The position numbers and the translations under genes were made by a program. From contig CM069146.1 of NCBI GenBank assembly GCA_035221665.1, positions 29,574,001 through 29,638,000 of the forward strand: 64,000 nucleotides of DNA, in the 5' to 3' direction. Below the pieces are notes generated by a model that was given only the letters and a program-made list of their open reading frames with translations, searched no databases and was not told the DNA's origin. Shown piece by piece: positions 13,020-24,717 of the stretch; within the stretch, counting starts at the first letter, position 1, and each line of letters opens with the position of its first letter. Origin of the DNA: Okamejei kenojei. Its lineage: Eukaryota.

Positions 13020-13396
13020 ACCACAGTTTGCTCACCCTGCTCTACGAAAGATGTTGTTAAGCTGGAAAGTGTGCACAGAAGATTTACAAGGACATTTCCA
13101 GGACCTGAGGTCCTGAGCTATAAGGAGAAGTTGGGCAGGCTAGGACTGTATTCCTTGGAGTGAAGGAAGATGAGAGGTCATCTTATAGAGGTGGATAAGA
13201 TCATGAGGGCAATAGATAGGATAGATGCACAGAGTCTGTTACCCAGAGTAGGGGAATCAATAACCATATGACATAGGTTTCCCTCCCTGAGAGGGGAAAG
13301 ATCTAATTGGAATCTGAAGGGTAATATTCTTACACAGAATATTCAGGTTGTTATATGGAATGAGCTGCTGCGGGAGTTAGTTGAGGTAGAAACTAT
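13020..13396 (+). mobile_element. CR1 3' fragment, left part (interrupted by DIRS)
   Basis: CR1 C-terminal sequence ending gaggtagaaactataa; resumes at 18554 with caacatttaaaagacatttggacagg. Confidence 0.8.
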
Positions 13397-16300
13397 AATA
13401 GTAAGATTAAACGAGAACTTAGCAGTTCAAAGTTTGATTGTTATTTTATGAGGAGTAACGATGAGGGATTACATGAAGAAGCCCCGCCTGGCGCTTGATC
13501 GGCATACTTCAAAGCAGCGGCATGAAAAACACAGAACATAATGGCCTGAGTAAAATAGTAAGGCTCAACATAGATTTAGAACTACCAGATAATCATTTAT
13601 TTTATGAGGGTCGGGAGTGGAGGGCACGTAATCCCTCATCGTTACTCCTCAAAAAATAACGATCAAACTTCGAACTGGTAAGTTCTCGTTTAATCTTACT
13701 ATTTTATGTCGGAGTCACGTGAGTGACTATGTGAAGATTTTGAAGCTTCTGTGTTTTTTATGTCGTAGACTCATTCCATACGATACTCTGGCTCAACCAA
13801 CATAGTAATGAGAAATAACACATTTTTTTCCCCAAACATTGCCTCAGTTTATGTGATAAATTTTTTCCCATTATAAAAGACTGAAAATAACGCCCTTTTC
13901 ATTGAAAGGCAAATTTATCACCAAAATATCAATTGATAATATAATTTGATAGTATAAACAAAGCAACAATTACAGAGAACCCAACACTCCGTGTCCAATC
14001 CTGACACCATGACTGGTTCCTTGTAACTTTAATATTTATTTTACACCCTCCTGCGGCCTTGAATCTTTGCTCGAGCGGCCCATCCTGTGCCATTCCTGTG
14101 AATGTATCTACCTCCTTAATGGAGTGATTTTCCACATCTCAATGTCTAGTTCCACTGAGTGTTAAACATGTTTTAACCATCTAGAATATAATTATCTAGA
14201 CCCATCAGTATTTACTGATACTTAATGTGGTTTTTGTGTGTAATAAGTAGTGCTGTCTCGCCACCACAGAGACTCTTACCTACTTTAACATATTGAGTCA
14301 ATGTTGACCCACACACAATTTTTGGCCGGCAGGATATGCTTAATTTTTTACCTTGGTTCCAGCTCTTCCTGGTCTGCTTTGTTTGGTAAATTCATAAACA
14401 TATAAGATAATGTAATCTGTAGCCACATGCAATTATATAACGTAACATTTGCAATGTTTGCACTCCTATGCTGACACTAAAGTCATGAGCATTATCACTT
14501 TCAATGTTAATCTTTTGAACCATTGATAGAATTGGAGTCCATTGCCCAAGGCAAATCAGGACTATGCTGATCTCCCAACTTCTGTATTTNNNNNNNNNNN
14601 NNNNNNNNNNNNNNNNNNNNNNNNNNNNNNNNNNNNNNNNNNNNNNNNNNNNNNNNNNNNNNNNNNNNNNNNNNNNNNNNNNNNNNNNNNNNNNNNNNNN
14701 NNNNNNNNNNNNNNNNNNNNNNNNNNNNNNNNNNNNNNNNNNNNNNNNNNNNCTCCTCAAAAAATATATATATATCCCTTTTTCATATTGGGATATTACA
14801 AATACAAATGAGCCCGATAAATTCTTGGTCAGCAATTTGTCCTAATAGGACGATAAACACTATGAGCTCTATTAGAGCTCTATTATTGGCTCTATCACTT
14901 AGATGCTGAGAAAAAATGCAATCCACAAGGAACTCCCATATATCTAATATGATAAAATAACCTTTACTGTCTGCAAGAGGCTTCAAATTTCTTATAAACA
15001 AAATATTGTTTTTAAACTATTTCTCCAAATTGCAGGTATGACATTCCTTTTGTACATAATTGTTATATTGTTATATTAGTTAAAACATTCATAGATCTCT
15101 TTGACCATCAAATTGTTATAATGGTCTGGTCAAACCTGCAGATAACCAAATTCATATCTTCATGCCATGGATGAATTTGTACAACAATAAATTACTGCAA
15201 CTATGAGTCATCATAACTGGTTCAAATATCACTTTCAACATTAATGAGAACCATGAAGGTCCGGTTTGGGCCACCAAAGCGCCCCTGGCAGCGTCCTGCT
15301 ACATTTTCATCAGACACTGCCCAATCAGACAAAAATGAGGAATATAAAAGAACATCTTTCCTCATGTAATTTTAGCGAAATACATCCACCGCTCCTGCTC
15401 TCGGTTTTCCCACAAGATCATTTGAGAGATTGGTGATTTAATCTGGATACAACCAGATTAATGGTAAGTAATCCATATTACTGACAATGTTTTTCCCCTG
15501 ATTTGTTGTCTGCGATAATATTGTCTCTTCCTTAGAGATAAACAGCTGAACTAAAATATTTTTAGAATACGCCACATCTGGTTACCCAGACAATCACTTG
15601 ATAATGATTTTACTTGACTCATGTGATTGATATATGCCACAGCCGTGGTATTGTTCACCTGATTTGACATGTACACTTTCATAATAGAACAATAGGCATT
15701 TAATCCATAAAAAGCTCCTGATACTCCAATGATTAATACAAATGTTTGGACAAAAATTTCTTAGGACAATCCATTTGCAATTCCCTGGTGTTATTGTCCG
15801 TAGTCCCCTAAACAAGGGATGTATCAAATATTAATTTGATAAGAATAGATATTATACTTATCTTAACCCAAATAATCACAGAAGCTATCCATCATCCGAT
15901 AATACTTGCTTCAGCTTGTAACAGCTGCTAAGCTTATATATTTAAAGCAGCGTGTGGAACCTTTTCTATCCACCACTTTAATTCTGATAATATATCATTT
16001 GGTATTTGCATAGGCCTGTCAAAAAGGTCTGCATACTCTTATAATGCTTGTGTTTTCCCTTTTTTGGAGCTTTTTTACTCTTTACCTAAGCTCCTTCTCT
16101 GATGGAGAGACAACGTTTGTCAACAAAGCAATGAGACATTTCCCCCCCTCATATGGTGCTGAATTACCTAAACCCAGAATAGTAATTGAGGAATGTTTAT
16201 GAATGCCTAAAGCATAGTTTTTATTGGATGGGCCAGAACCCTTGCCCCTCAACAGGCTTGTAATTGCTGCACTAATTTGCAGCTGACTCCTGATCAACCT

Positions 16301-18553
16301 TCCAATTTAAAATGTGATCAAGATAAACCATGACCATGTCCTCATTAGTGCAAGTGCTGATCTTCTTATCAGTACAATTGTTGTTCCAGTAATTATGTGA
16401 ACAGCCTAGAACTGAATTTAATCCATTAGACAATGTCTTAACTTGCACAGCTGACCCATTTTAATTAATTTCAAGCACCTGTAATATGATAATAAATTGG
16501 TACTAAATACCAATCTTTTGAGTCTTATAGTAATGATTAACAATTTGTTAATAACAACTGTTTTTCAATGTTGAAGATGTCCATTTTAATAAAATGTTTT
16601 TACACTGTAAAACTGTATTTAAAATGATGTTTTGTATGGCTTTACCACCACATCTTCTTTTCCCTTGGGGAAATTTATAATACAAATTTACGTACCTCTT
16701 CTTTATTGGAGATATTTTGGGTGCAAACCTAAAATCAATTTTTAGGTTTTCCTATACAGGTGAACCAATTCCTTCTACAATTGTTTTTTTGTAGTCCTTT
16801 GTTATGCCATATCATTGATCATAACACACCTGTAATCTCCCATAATTGGAGATTTCATCAACTTCTTCTGTAACAAGTTTTTGCACCTCTTCAAATGTAC
16901 ATGAAGCCTTCTCTTCCCAATCATATGGGTTCACATAAGGCTGTGTTGGATAAATATTTATTTATCATACTCTTGCCTTTGTTTTGATCCATTATCAAAT
17001 GTTTACATTGGATCATAATTTTTGCCAAAGTTTAATGACCAATCCTTGGTCTTTCCTTTGTAATCAATGTCTTTGATTTATCCTGAGGCAGGTTTACTCC
17101 ATAATAATCAGGAGTTTAACATAACTTGATGTGTTTTGACCTGCAAATCTAAAGTGCAAANNNNNNNNNNNNNNNNNNNNNNNNNNNNNNNNNNNNNNNN
17201 NNNNNNNNNNNNNNNNNNNNNNNNNNNNNNNNNNNNNNNNNNNNNNNNNNNNNNNNNNNNNNNNNNNNNNNNNNNNNNNNNNNNNNNNNNNNNNNNNNNN
17301 NNNNNNNNNNNNNNNNNNNNNNNNNNNNNNNNGCTCCACAAACTGATGGCAATTTATCTTTTATTTAAAATGTTTTGGTTATTGCACAATGTTTTATTTG
17401 TTTTACATAAGTAGTGATGCCACGCACCAGCTTGAAAATACTTTGGAATTGTATTTCCTTATGTCTCCATATAATTGAGACATGGGTACCATAAACGGAT
17501 TCACCGTTTATACCTTAATAAAACATAAAAGTTTTATCAATAATTCTGCTGTTTCAACCATAACAGCTTTGTTGAGAGACCAATTAATTTTGGTTTCCAT
17601 GGTTACTTTCCATGGCCTCACTCCTTCATTCAGGTATCGTACCTAGTACACCTGTATATATATATTTGTGCTGTGGTGTACCTTAATAAAACATAAAAGT
17701 TTTATCAATAATTCTGCTGTTTCAACCATAACAGCTTTGGTGAGAGACCAATTAATTTTGGTTTCCATGGTTACTTTCCATGGCCTCACTCCTTCATTCA
17801 GGTATCGTACCTAGTACACCTGTATATATATATATTTGTGCTGTGGTGGGTACTTTATGACCAGCCACCACTATCAATGCACCTTTAGGGTCAGTTTTTT
17901 CATATTCTTTTACTGCCCTGGTTACTCCTGAGTTTTTCCTCAAGGAGACTACCTCCAAAACAATCCGAGGTAGATATTCCCACATCGATAAATCCCACCA
18001 TATATATTAATATATGGAAACCCCTCAGGGTCTGTTTTGGGGAATATTCTGGGCCTTTTAAACCCTTTGGTTGAATTTTTTATTTTTGGAGTCTTTCTCC
18101 ATTAATTTTAAGCCATCTAGAGTTTTTCCTTTTCTTTTTAACTTTTAAACTCCATTTTTCCTCATAGCCAAAAGTTTGTGGAGTCTCCCTAACGGTAATT
18201 TTAACGGCCACCAGTATCGGAACCGGCTCCGCACTTAATCTGCCGTCCCGATCGCTGAGTTTTCCCCTGGGACGCTTTTTAAACTCCGGAGTATTTTCTT
18301 TTCATTTTAACTTTTATTTTATTTTTTGCTTTCAAATTCCATTTCTTTTTAACTCCTGGTGGCTCTATACACCAGCCACGGAGTTCGGATATGCCCTGTA
18401 AGTATTTCAACTGCACTTACCAGCGGGCCCGTACCTACCGCTGTCGAGGAGCTGCCTCTGCAGCTCTTGCTCTGCCGTCAGCGTCGACGTAATGCCGATC
18501 AAGCGCCAGGCGGGGCTTCTTCACGTAGTCACTTACGTGACTCCGAAGTAAAA
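13397..18553 (-). mobile_element. DIRS1-like YR retrotransposon, family 2, decayed interior
   Basis: Left end (reverse complement ttttacttcggagtcacgtaagtgactacgtgaagaagccccgcc) at 18553; right ITR plus extension 13397-13506; internal complementary region ~13626-13737. Remnants of RT (KMDIF, LSNGL, MVYLDH), MTase end (HPWH..LVICRF) and YR (HSIKEVDT..AAGG). Confidence 0.88.
17511..17848. repeat. Tandem duplication, 168/170 bp
   Basis: 17511-17678 is repeated at 17679-17848 with one substitution and one extra TA. Confidence 0.9.
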
Positions 18554-18712
18554 CAACATTTAAAAGACATTTGGACAGGTACATGGATAGGAAAGGTTCA
18601 GAGGGATATAGGCCAAATGCAGGCAGGTGGGACTAGTGTAGATGAGACACCTTGGTCGGCATGGGCAAGCTGGGCCGAAAGGCCTGTTTCCATGCTGCAC
18701 GACTCTGTGACT
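18554..18712 (+). mobile_element. CR1 3' end, right part
   Basis: Continuation of 13020-13396; ends gggccgaaaggcctgtttccatgctgcacgactctgtgactcta. Confidence 0.8.
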
Positions 18713-19205
18713 CTATCGGGAACAATGGTTGCAGTAGATGAGGTTAGAGGACATGCATGTAAATCTCTGTCTCCACGTGGAACAACTGCTGGGGTCCCTG
18801 AATGGAGTTGTGGGAGGATGTATAAGAACAGGTGTTACATCTCCTGTAGTTTCAGGGAAAAGTACATGGGAAGTGTATGGTCTGGCAGGGAAGGGATTAC
18901 GGACCAAGGAGTTATGGAGGGAGCGGGCGTTGAGGAAAGGCGGAAAGGGGTGGAGGTGGGAAGTTGTAACGGGTGGTGAGGTGACAGAAATGTCAGAGAA
19001 TGATGTGTTGGATGCAGAGCCTGATGCAGTGAAGGGTGAGGACTAGGAATTCTGTTCTCGTTGCATCTGATGGCGAGAACAGAACTCTGGGACACAGAAG
19101 AGATGCGGGTGAGGGATCCATTTATGACAGCCGTGGGGAAACCACTAAAATAACTAAAGAATGAGAACATTTCGGATGCCCTTATATGGAAAATCTCATC
19201 TTGGG
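18713..19205 (-). mobile_element. Penelope-like element fragment (RT C-terminus to GIY-YIG start)
   Basis: RQRFTCMSSNLIYC in ORF 18713..18907; homologous to 55750-56960. Confidence 0.8.
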
Positions 19206-19423
19206 GAAAAAAGAAAATGCTGGAATTCTGAAGTAAAATCTTCTGATAAAGTGTTTCAAACTTGAAATGTTCATTTTCACTCTCAACAGATACTGCCTTA
19301 CCAGCTGAGTGTTTCCGGCATTTTTATTTCTCTGGAGAGAAGCAGTTAATATTTCAGGAAGCTAGAAAATAAACATGTTTTAAGTTGCAGAAAAGGCAAA
19401 ATGGTGGAACGACTATAGAAAAT

Positions 19424-19556
19424 CTTCTTTCGTGTGACGTGCGCAGCCTAAAGTTGTTGGACAACTTGTTCTATTTGATCTTCTGTTTGTGCACGTCGAG
19501 TTGATTGCATTAGTCAAAGCAGGGCGGACCACGTGAAGGTTGCAATCTTCCACCCC
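19424..19556 (-). mobile_element. Ribozyme-headed SINE, copy B
   Basis: TSD TATAGAAAAT at 19414-19423 and 19558-19567; GAAAGAAG tail on the minus strand. Confidence 0.9.
19503..19556 (-). ncRNA. Minimal HDV-like ribozyme, copy B
   Basis: Minus strand GGGGTGG AA GATTGCA ACC TTCACGT GGT CCGCCCT GC TTTGA CTAA TGCAATC; P1, P2 and P3 intact. Confidence 0.85.
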
Positions 19557-19629
19557 ATATAGAAAATAATGTGATGGGATGTATACCAAGAGAAACTAAA
19601 TTACACAAATATTGGTGTCACATAATCTG

Positions 19630-19964
19630 AGTGTTTGACGTCACTGGGCCTAAATTCGCTGGAGTTTAGAAGAATGAAGAGGGACCTCATTGAAAAACAC
19701 AGAATAGTGAAAGGCTTGGATAGAGTGGATATGAAGTGGATGTTTCTACTAGTGGGAGACTATAGGACTAATGGTCATAGCCTCAGAATTAAGGGACTTT
19801 TTTTTCAGGAAGGAGATGAGGAATTTCTTTAGTCAGAGGGTGGTGAATCTGTGGAATTCTTTGCCACAGAGATTGTGGAGGCTAATTCAGTGATATTTAA
19901 GGCAGAGAGATAGATTGGTATGGGTGTCAGAGGTTATGGGGAGAAGGCAGGAGAATGGGGTTAG
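19630..19964 (+). mobile_element. CR1 3' fragment
   Basis: LGLNSLEFRRMKRDLIE...GHSLRIKG. Confidence 0.85.
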
Positions 19965-20816
19965 GAGCCTTGCTGAAGCTTACTGTGCAGGTCACGCTAC
20001 CAGTTACTCCCAGCCTGGTTAGACAGGCTGCTCCTTAGGCCCCTTCTGCTCCTTCGGACCCTTAGCAGAGCTCACTGAATAGGCCGCGCCTGCCAGTACT
20101 GCAAGCCTGGTTCAACAGTCTGCTCTTGCGAGTCCGAACTTGACTCGACAGGCAGCTCCTGCGGGCCTTCTGCCTATTTTCGTAGCCTTGCTGGGACTGA
20201 CTGTGCAGAACGCGCTGCCAGTTTCTCCCAGCCTGGATCGACAGGCTGCTCCTTTGGCCAACTGCTCCTTCGGAGCCTCAGCGGGGCTGACTGGACAGGT
20301 CACGCCTGCCAGTACTGCAAGCCTGGTTCAACAGGCTGCTCTTGCGGGGTCAACTAGTGACTCCCGAATGCTCCTTTCCGGAGCTTCAACGGAGGTTGCT
20401 GTATGGGTCGCGCCCGTCAGCTTCTCCACGTTCTGCCACCTGCTCCCTTTCGGAGCCTTTACGGCGGTAGCTGTACGGGCCACTCCCGTCTGCTGCTCGA
20501 GTCCGGCCGCCTGCTCCCATTTGGAGCCTCTAATGGCGGTAGCTGCACGGGCCGCGCCTGTCATCTGCTTGAGTCCGGCCGCCTGCTCCCGTTCGGAGCC
20601 TCCACGGCAGCAGCTGTATGGGCCAGGCCCGTCAGTTTCTCCGGGCCCGCTGCACGTATTTTCGGAGCAGCGGCCCGCTCCTGAAAAAAAAAATTCTTAC
20701 CTGCCTGAGCAGTTTCGGACTGCTCTGAATCCCGCGCTATGCATCGACGTATTGACGCGCATGCGGGCTGGCGGATTCTTCACGTAGTCTCATCACGAGA
20801 CTTCGATATAAAATTG
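19965..20816 (-). mobile_element. DIRS1-like 5' fragment, family 3 (left ITR plus repetitive gag-like N-terminus)
   Basis: Minus strand starts ttttatatcgaagtctcgtgatgagactacgtgaagaatccgccagcccgcatgcgcg, similar to the other DIRS left ends; followed by CAG|GTAAG and GC-rich ~63-bp and ~217-bp repeats. Confidence 0.7.
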
Positions 20817-21559
20817 TCATTTGTACTGAAAGCGAAACAATGAATTTTTTACAACAGTTTAACACATTTGTAAACAAAACAATCATAGATAACATAATAA
20901 AGAAAAAAATGCCCAGTAAATTAAACAAAAACATGATTTTTTGCCCCGAAAATACCCTGTCCCTAGCAAGCTGTATGAGAACAAAATGCTTAACCTGTGT
21001 AACACAGAACACACCAGGTACTCTCAGAGACTGATATTAATAAAAGAATACCATAAATACCCAACAGGTCAGGCAGTAGGTGAGAACAGAGAAGATGTCT
21101 CTGCCTGTTGATGCTACTCAATCTGATGAATATTTCCAGAATTTTTCAGTATTATTGCTTCCCCGTCAGTTTTCCCATCACTGTGCCATGTTGCAAATCC
21201 CACCTAGGTTATCTTGGACAGGGCTAGTGTGTGTCCTTCTCTTAGGAATCTGGCATATTTTCTATTCTAACTGGAACCTGTTGTGTCACATAAGGAACAC
21301 GTCTCGATGAGCAACAATTGGCTGCCGCCTCAGTGTGGGGCATGACCCTGAGGGGATGGGGATTGCAGTGCGATTGGGAGCGCTGGTTGTTGTACAGGTG
21401 CAATCTTCTCTGATTCCTCCCTGGGAATGACAGAATGGTGAGCATTATGGTAATGGTAATGGCAGGTTTCCGTTGATGTACACCACACAGTTGTGTTCAA
21501 TCTATGTATTGAGGGAGAGTTATGTAACTAGCTATGAGATGAAGCAATGATAGAGGGGC

Positions 21560-21890
21560 TTACAGAGATACAGCCCACTCTCCACACTGACCATCAACCA
21601 CCTTTCTACACTTACCCTGCATTAATCCCAACGTTATGCTCCACATATCCTCATCACCATCACCCCTCCTCCGCCCCCAATTTTTCCCACTTATGCACAA
21701 AGGGCAACTTGCAGTGACCATTTAACATTTCAACCTGCACATCTTTGAGATGCAGGGGGAAACCAGAGCACCCAGAGGAAACCCATGCAATCACAGGAAG
21801 AATGTACAAACTCCATACAGGCAGCACCTGAGATCAGGATTGAGTCAAGATCTCTGGCACCGTGAGGCAATGGTGTGTCACTGCATTGAT
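21560..21890 (-). mobile_element. HE1/V-SINE
   Basis: V-domain gaaaccagagcacccagaggaaacccatgcaatcacaggaagaatgtacaaactccatacag plus tRNA-derived head. Confidence 0.75.
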
Positions 21891-22714
21891 ATACAAAACT
21901 CCCAAGCACACATGGCAGTTATTTGCCAGTTCTCCTATTCTGAAAGCACTTAGCCTTAACAAACTGATGGCAGGAGTAAGATCCTTCCTTATGCGTAGGT
22001 GTTCTTCACCCAGGACATGACATTAGCAGTTATTTAAACAATTAGGAAGACACCATTAGTTATGAATAAAAAGTTAAATAACTTATCGATGTGGTGCTGT
22101 ACTACTACAATGACTCTCCCCTCAGTTCTTTATGAGAGCAGCAATCATCTCACACAGAAATATTCAATTGATGAAATTTATTATTAAAGCTTTTGATGTT
22201 TCAAAGAAGCTTTTATTGCAAGGTTTACTATTTAATTGTACAATATGCTGGTAAACCTAATAATGTCACAACATATGTTCAGTTTATATTTCAGTATTTT
22301 ATTGGCTGCCTTCATTTGTTTCTTTGTCTATCCATCTGCTTGTGTGTATCCACGGATATTAATTTATCTCAGTAAGTTGTATGTCACCTCAACATTGTCC
22401 ATGCAATCCATTCAGATATCGGTGAAGAATGATGGCATCATAATGACCAAAATGGTAGAGTTCATGTTTAACAAAGGAATATGTTTGGAAATTCTGAAGT
22501 GCTTGCTCAGTAAATGATTCCTTCATAAGGAGCCTGCCAATAAAATAGTCCATTCTATGAGCCATCTTCTCAAAGTAACCAATCTTATTGAGCAGTCATT
22601 TCTGATTGCAATAAGAAATCACTTTTCCTACCATCACTTGAACCGCAATTATTGTGACCTGCTACCTCTAAAGACAGTGCAACGAAGACACAAGACAGTG
22701 TCTCTTTGCTGGAA

Positions 22715-22875
22715 TCTGCCGCAAAAAAAACAGTTGCAAGCTAGGCAGCATCTGTAGAGGGAAATGGAATGTCGGCAGTTTGGGTCAAGGCTTTAAATCT
22801 GGACTCAATCCATTGTCCATTTCCCTCCGTAGACCTGCTGAGTTCCTCCCACAGTTTGTTTTTTGTTCCAAATGC
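22715..22875. mobile_element. Inverted pair of Penelope-like terminal fragments
   Basis: gcatctgtagagggaaatgga...ccatttccctccgtagacctgctgag fold-back arrangement. Confidence 0.55.
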
Positions 22876-24409
22876 AGTGCAATGCACCCTAGTACATTTG
22901 TAATGAACCCTTATCTCTTTGGATCACATGAACTTCATGCTCCGCATCTGCCTTCTTTCAGAATCGATTTGTTTTGGCTCACAATCAACCCATTTGATCA
23001 AATAGTTTTGGGAGCTGAGGTATATTTGCTTTGTCAATGACCACATCTAATGCAAGTTATTTTCATTGCTGAATCCATGCCTCAGTGTCAGACTCCCCCA
23101 TACCATTTATTGTGTTCATAAATGAATACATACTGTATAAACCACTATTTCCTGCCTTCTCCAATCCAGTGATCCTCATCTGCTGAACCTTATTTAGATA
23201 CAAAACCAGGCTATAAACCATGTTAAAAATCAGGTCAATTCCTCAAAAGCATCTCCTTTCCAAAAATGTAAAGTTAATTAGTTTATAAAAAGCACATTGT
23301 TCTTTCCCAAAGCAGTATAGTAAAGATAAAGTCAGCAGTGTGCATAATGATCAGATTAAATTACTATAATTTAGTTGCATAACACAGGAGAGAGCGTTCT
23401 CTCCAACGTTGTTTTGGATCAATTCCAAAGTGTGATGTATTTTATGCTGGTAAAGGATATGTTTTCAGGACAATGGGAAAAGAGCAGTGGACCAGGAACT
23501 GGTTGGCTACCTCTTCCACAGACACAGCACAGCCAAAACGACATTTGCTGTTGCACCCAGCATAAATGCCATACTTTAGATCAAATACCCATGGGTTAAC
23601 TACTGCCTAATACCCCAAGGTAGGAATCAGCGCCTAACTGCAAGGGCACATTAATTTCATTTCTCACACCAACCATCCTGTGTGACTAATTTAAACAATA
23701 GAAAGATTTATGTTATGTGGTTACACTCTTTAAACCCTGGATTGAGATTACTGAAGCAATTTTACTTTTACACCATCTGAAACAAGAGCTCTTGTCTCAG
23801 TGTAGTCAAAGGTTAGTTCTCTAACCCATCATGATTTTCTTTGCTTAATTTGTGCCAGCGATATCACTGTACAACATCCTAATTCCATACATTTAGCACT
23901 ACATATGCTTGTGTGCAGTGTGACATTTATCCCACTGCATAAATGATGCACCATATGGGCATCTAAGAAATACTGTGATTTATTTTAACCCTTGCTCTGC
24001 TAAACTGAAATCTAAATTACAGCATTATTATGAATAGCATTTTACACCTTATCCCTGTTACACATCCTTCCTCATCTCTCTTCTAAAGGTAAACACCTTT
24101 TCATTCTGAGGATGGGTCCTCCGGTCCTGGACTCTCCCACCAGTGGAAATCCTCTCCACGTCCAATCTATCCCAGCCTTTCATTATTCGGTAAATTTTGA
24201 ATGAGGTCCCCTCTCGTACTTCGCCATCAAACGCTCATCAAACATTAACATAATCATCTCCGGGATCAACATGTTAACCAGGATGTATTCTTCCTGGGTT
24301 CGATATGGTAAAATTCCAACTAGTGTCAAGAAGAATTGCCTGTAGCCTAGCAACAACTAGCAAATCCATCCCCCGGTCTACCAATTGCTCGTACATACAT
24401 GCAGATTGA

Positions 24410-24717
24410 TGGCGCAGCTGTAGAGTTGCTACCTTACAGCGCCACTGACCCGGGTTTGATTCTGACTACGGGTGTCGTCTGTACATAGTTAGTTCGTTCT
24501 CCCCATGACCCGCGTGGGTTTTCTCGGGGTACTCCAGTTTCCTCAAACATTCCAAAGATGTGCAGGTTTGTAATTTAATTGGCTTGGTAAAAAATAGTAA
24601 ATTGGCACTAGTGTGTGTAGGATAGTGTTAGTGTGCGGGGATCACTGGTCGGCGTAGACTGGGTGGGCCGAAGGGCCTGTTTCCACGCTGTATCACTAAA
24701 CTAAACTAAACTAAACA
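24410..24717 (+). mobile_element. HE1 SINE (tRNA-derived V-SINE), near full length
   Basis: A-box-like ggcgcagctgtaga, B-box-like ggtttgattct, V-domain, CR1-like 3' end gggccgaagggcctgtttcc and (CTAAA)n tail. Confidence 0.85.

Noticed and set aside
18359-18979. 206-aa ORF
   Set aside because: Runs across DIRS, CR1 and Penelope junctions; a chance chimeric frame.
20140-20787. 215-aa plus-strand ORF
   Set aside because: Antisense shadow of the GC-rich repetitive DIRS gag-like region.
24410-24470. tRNA-like A/B boxes
   Set aside because: Head of an HE1 SINE; no cloverleaf, not a tRNA gene.
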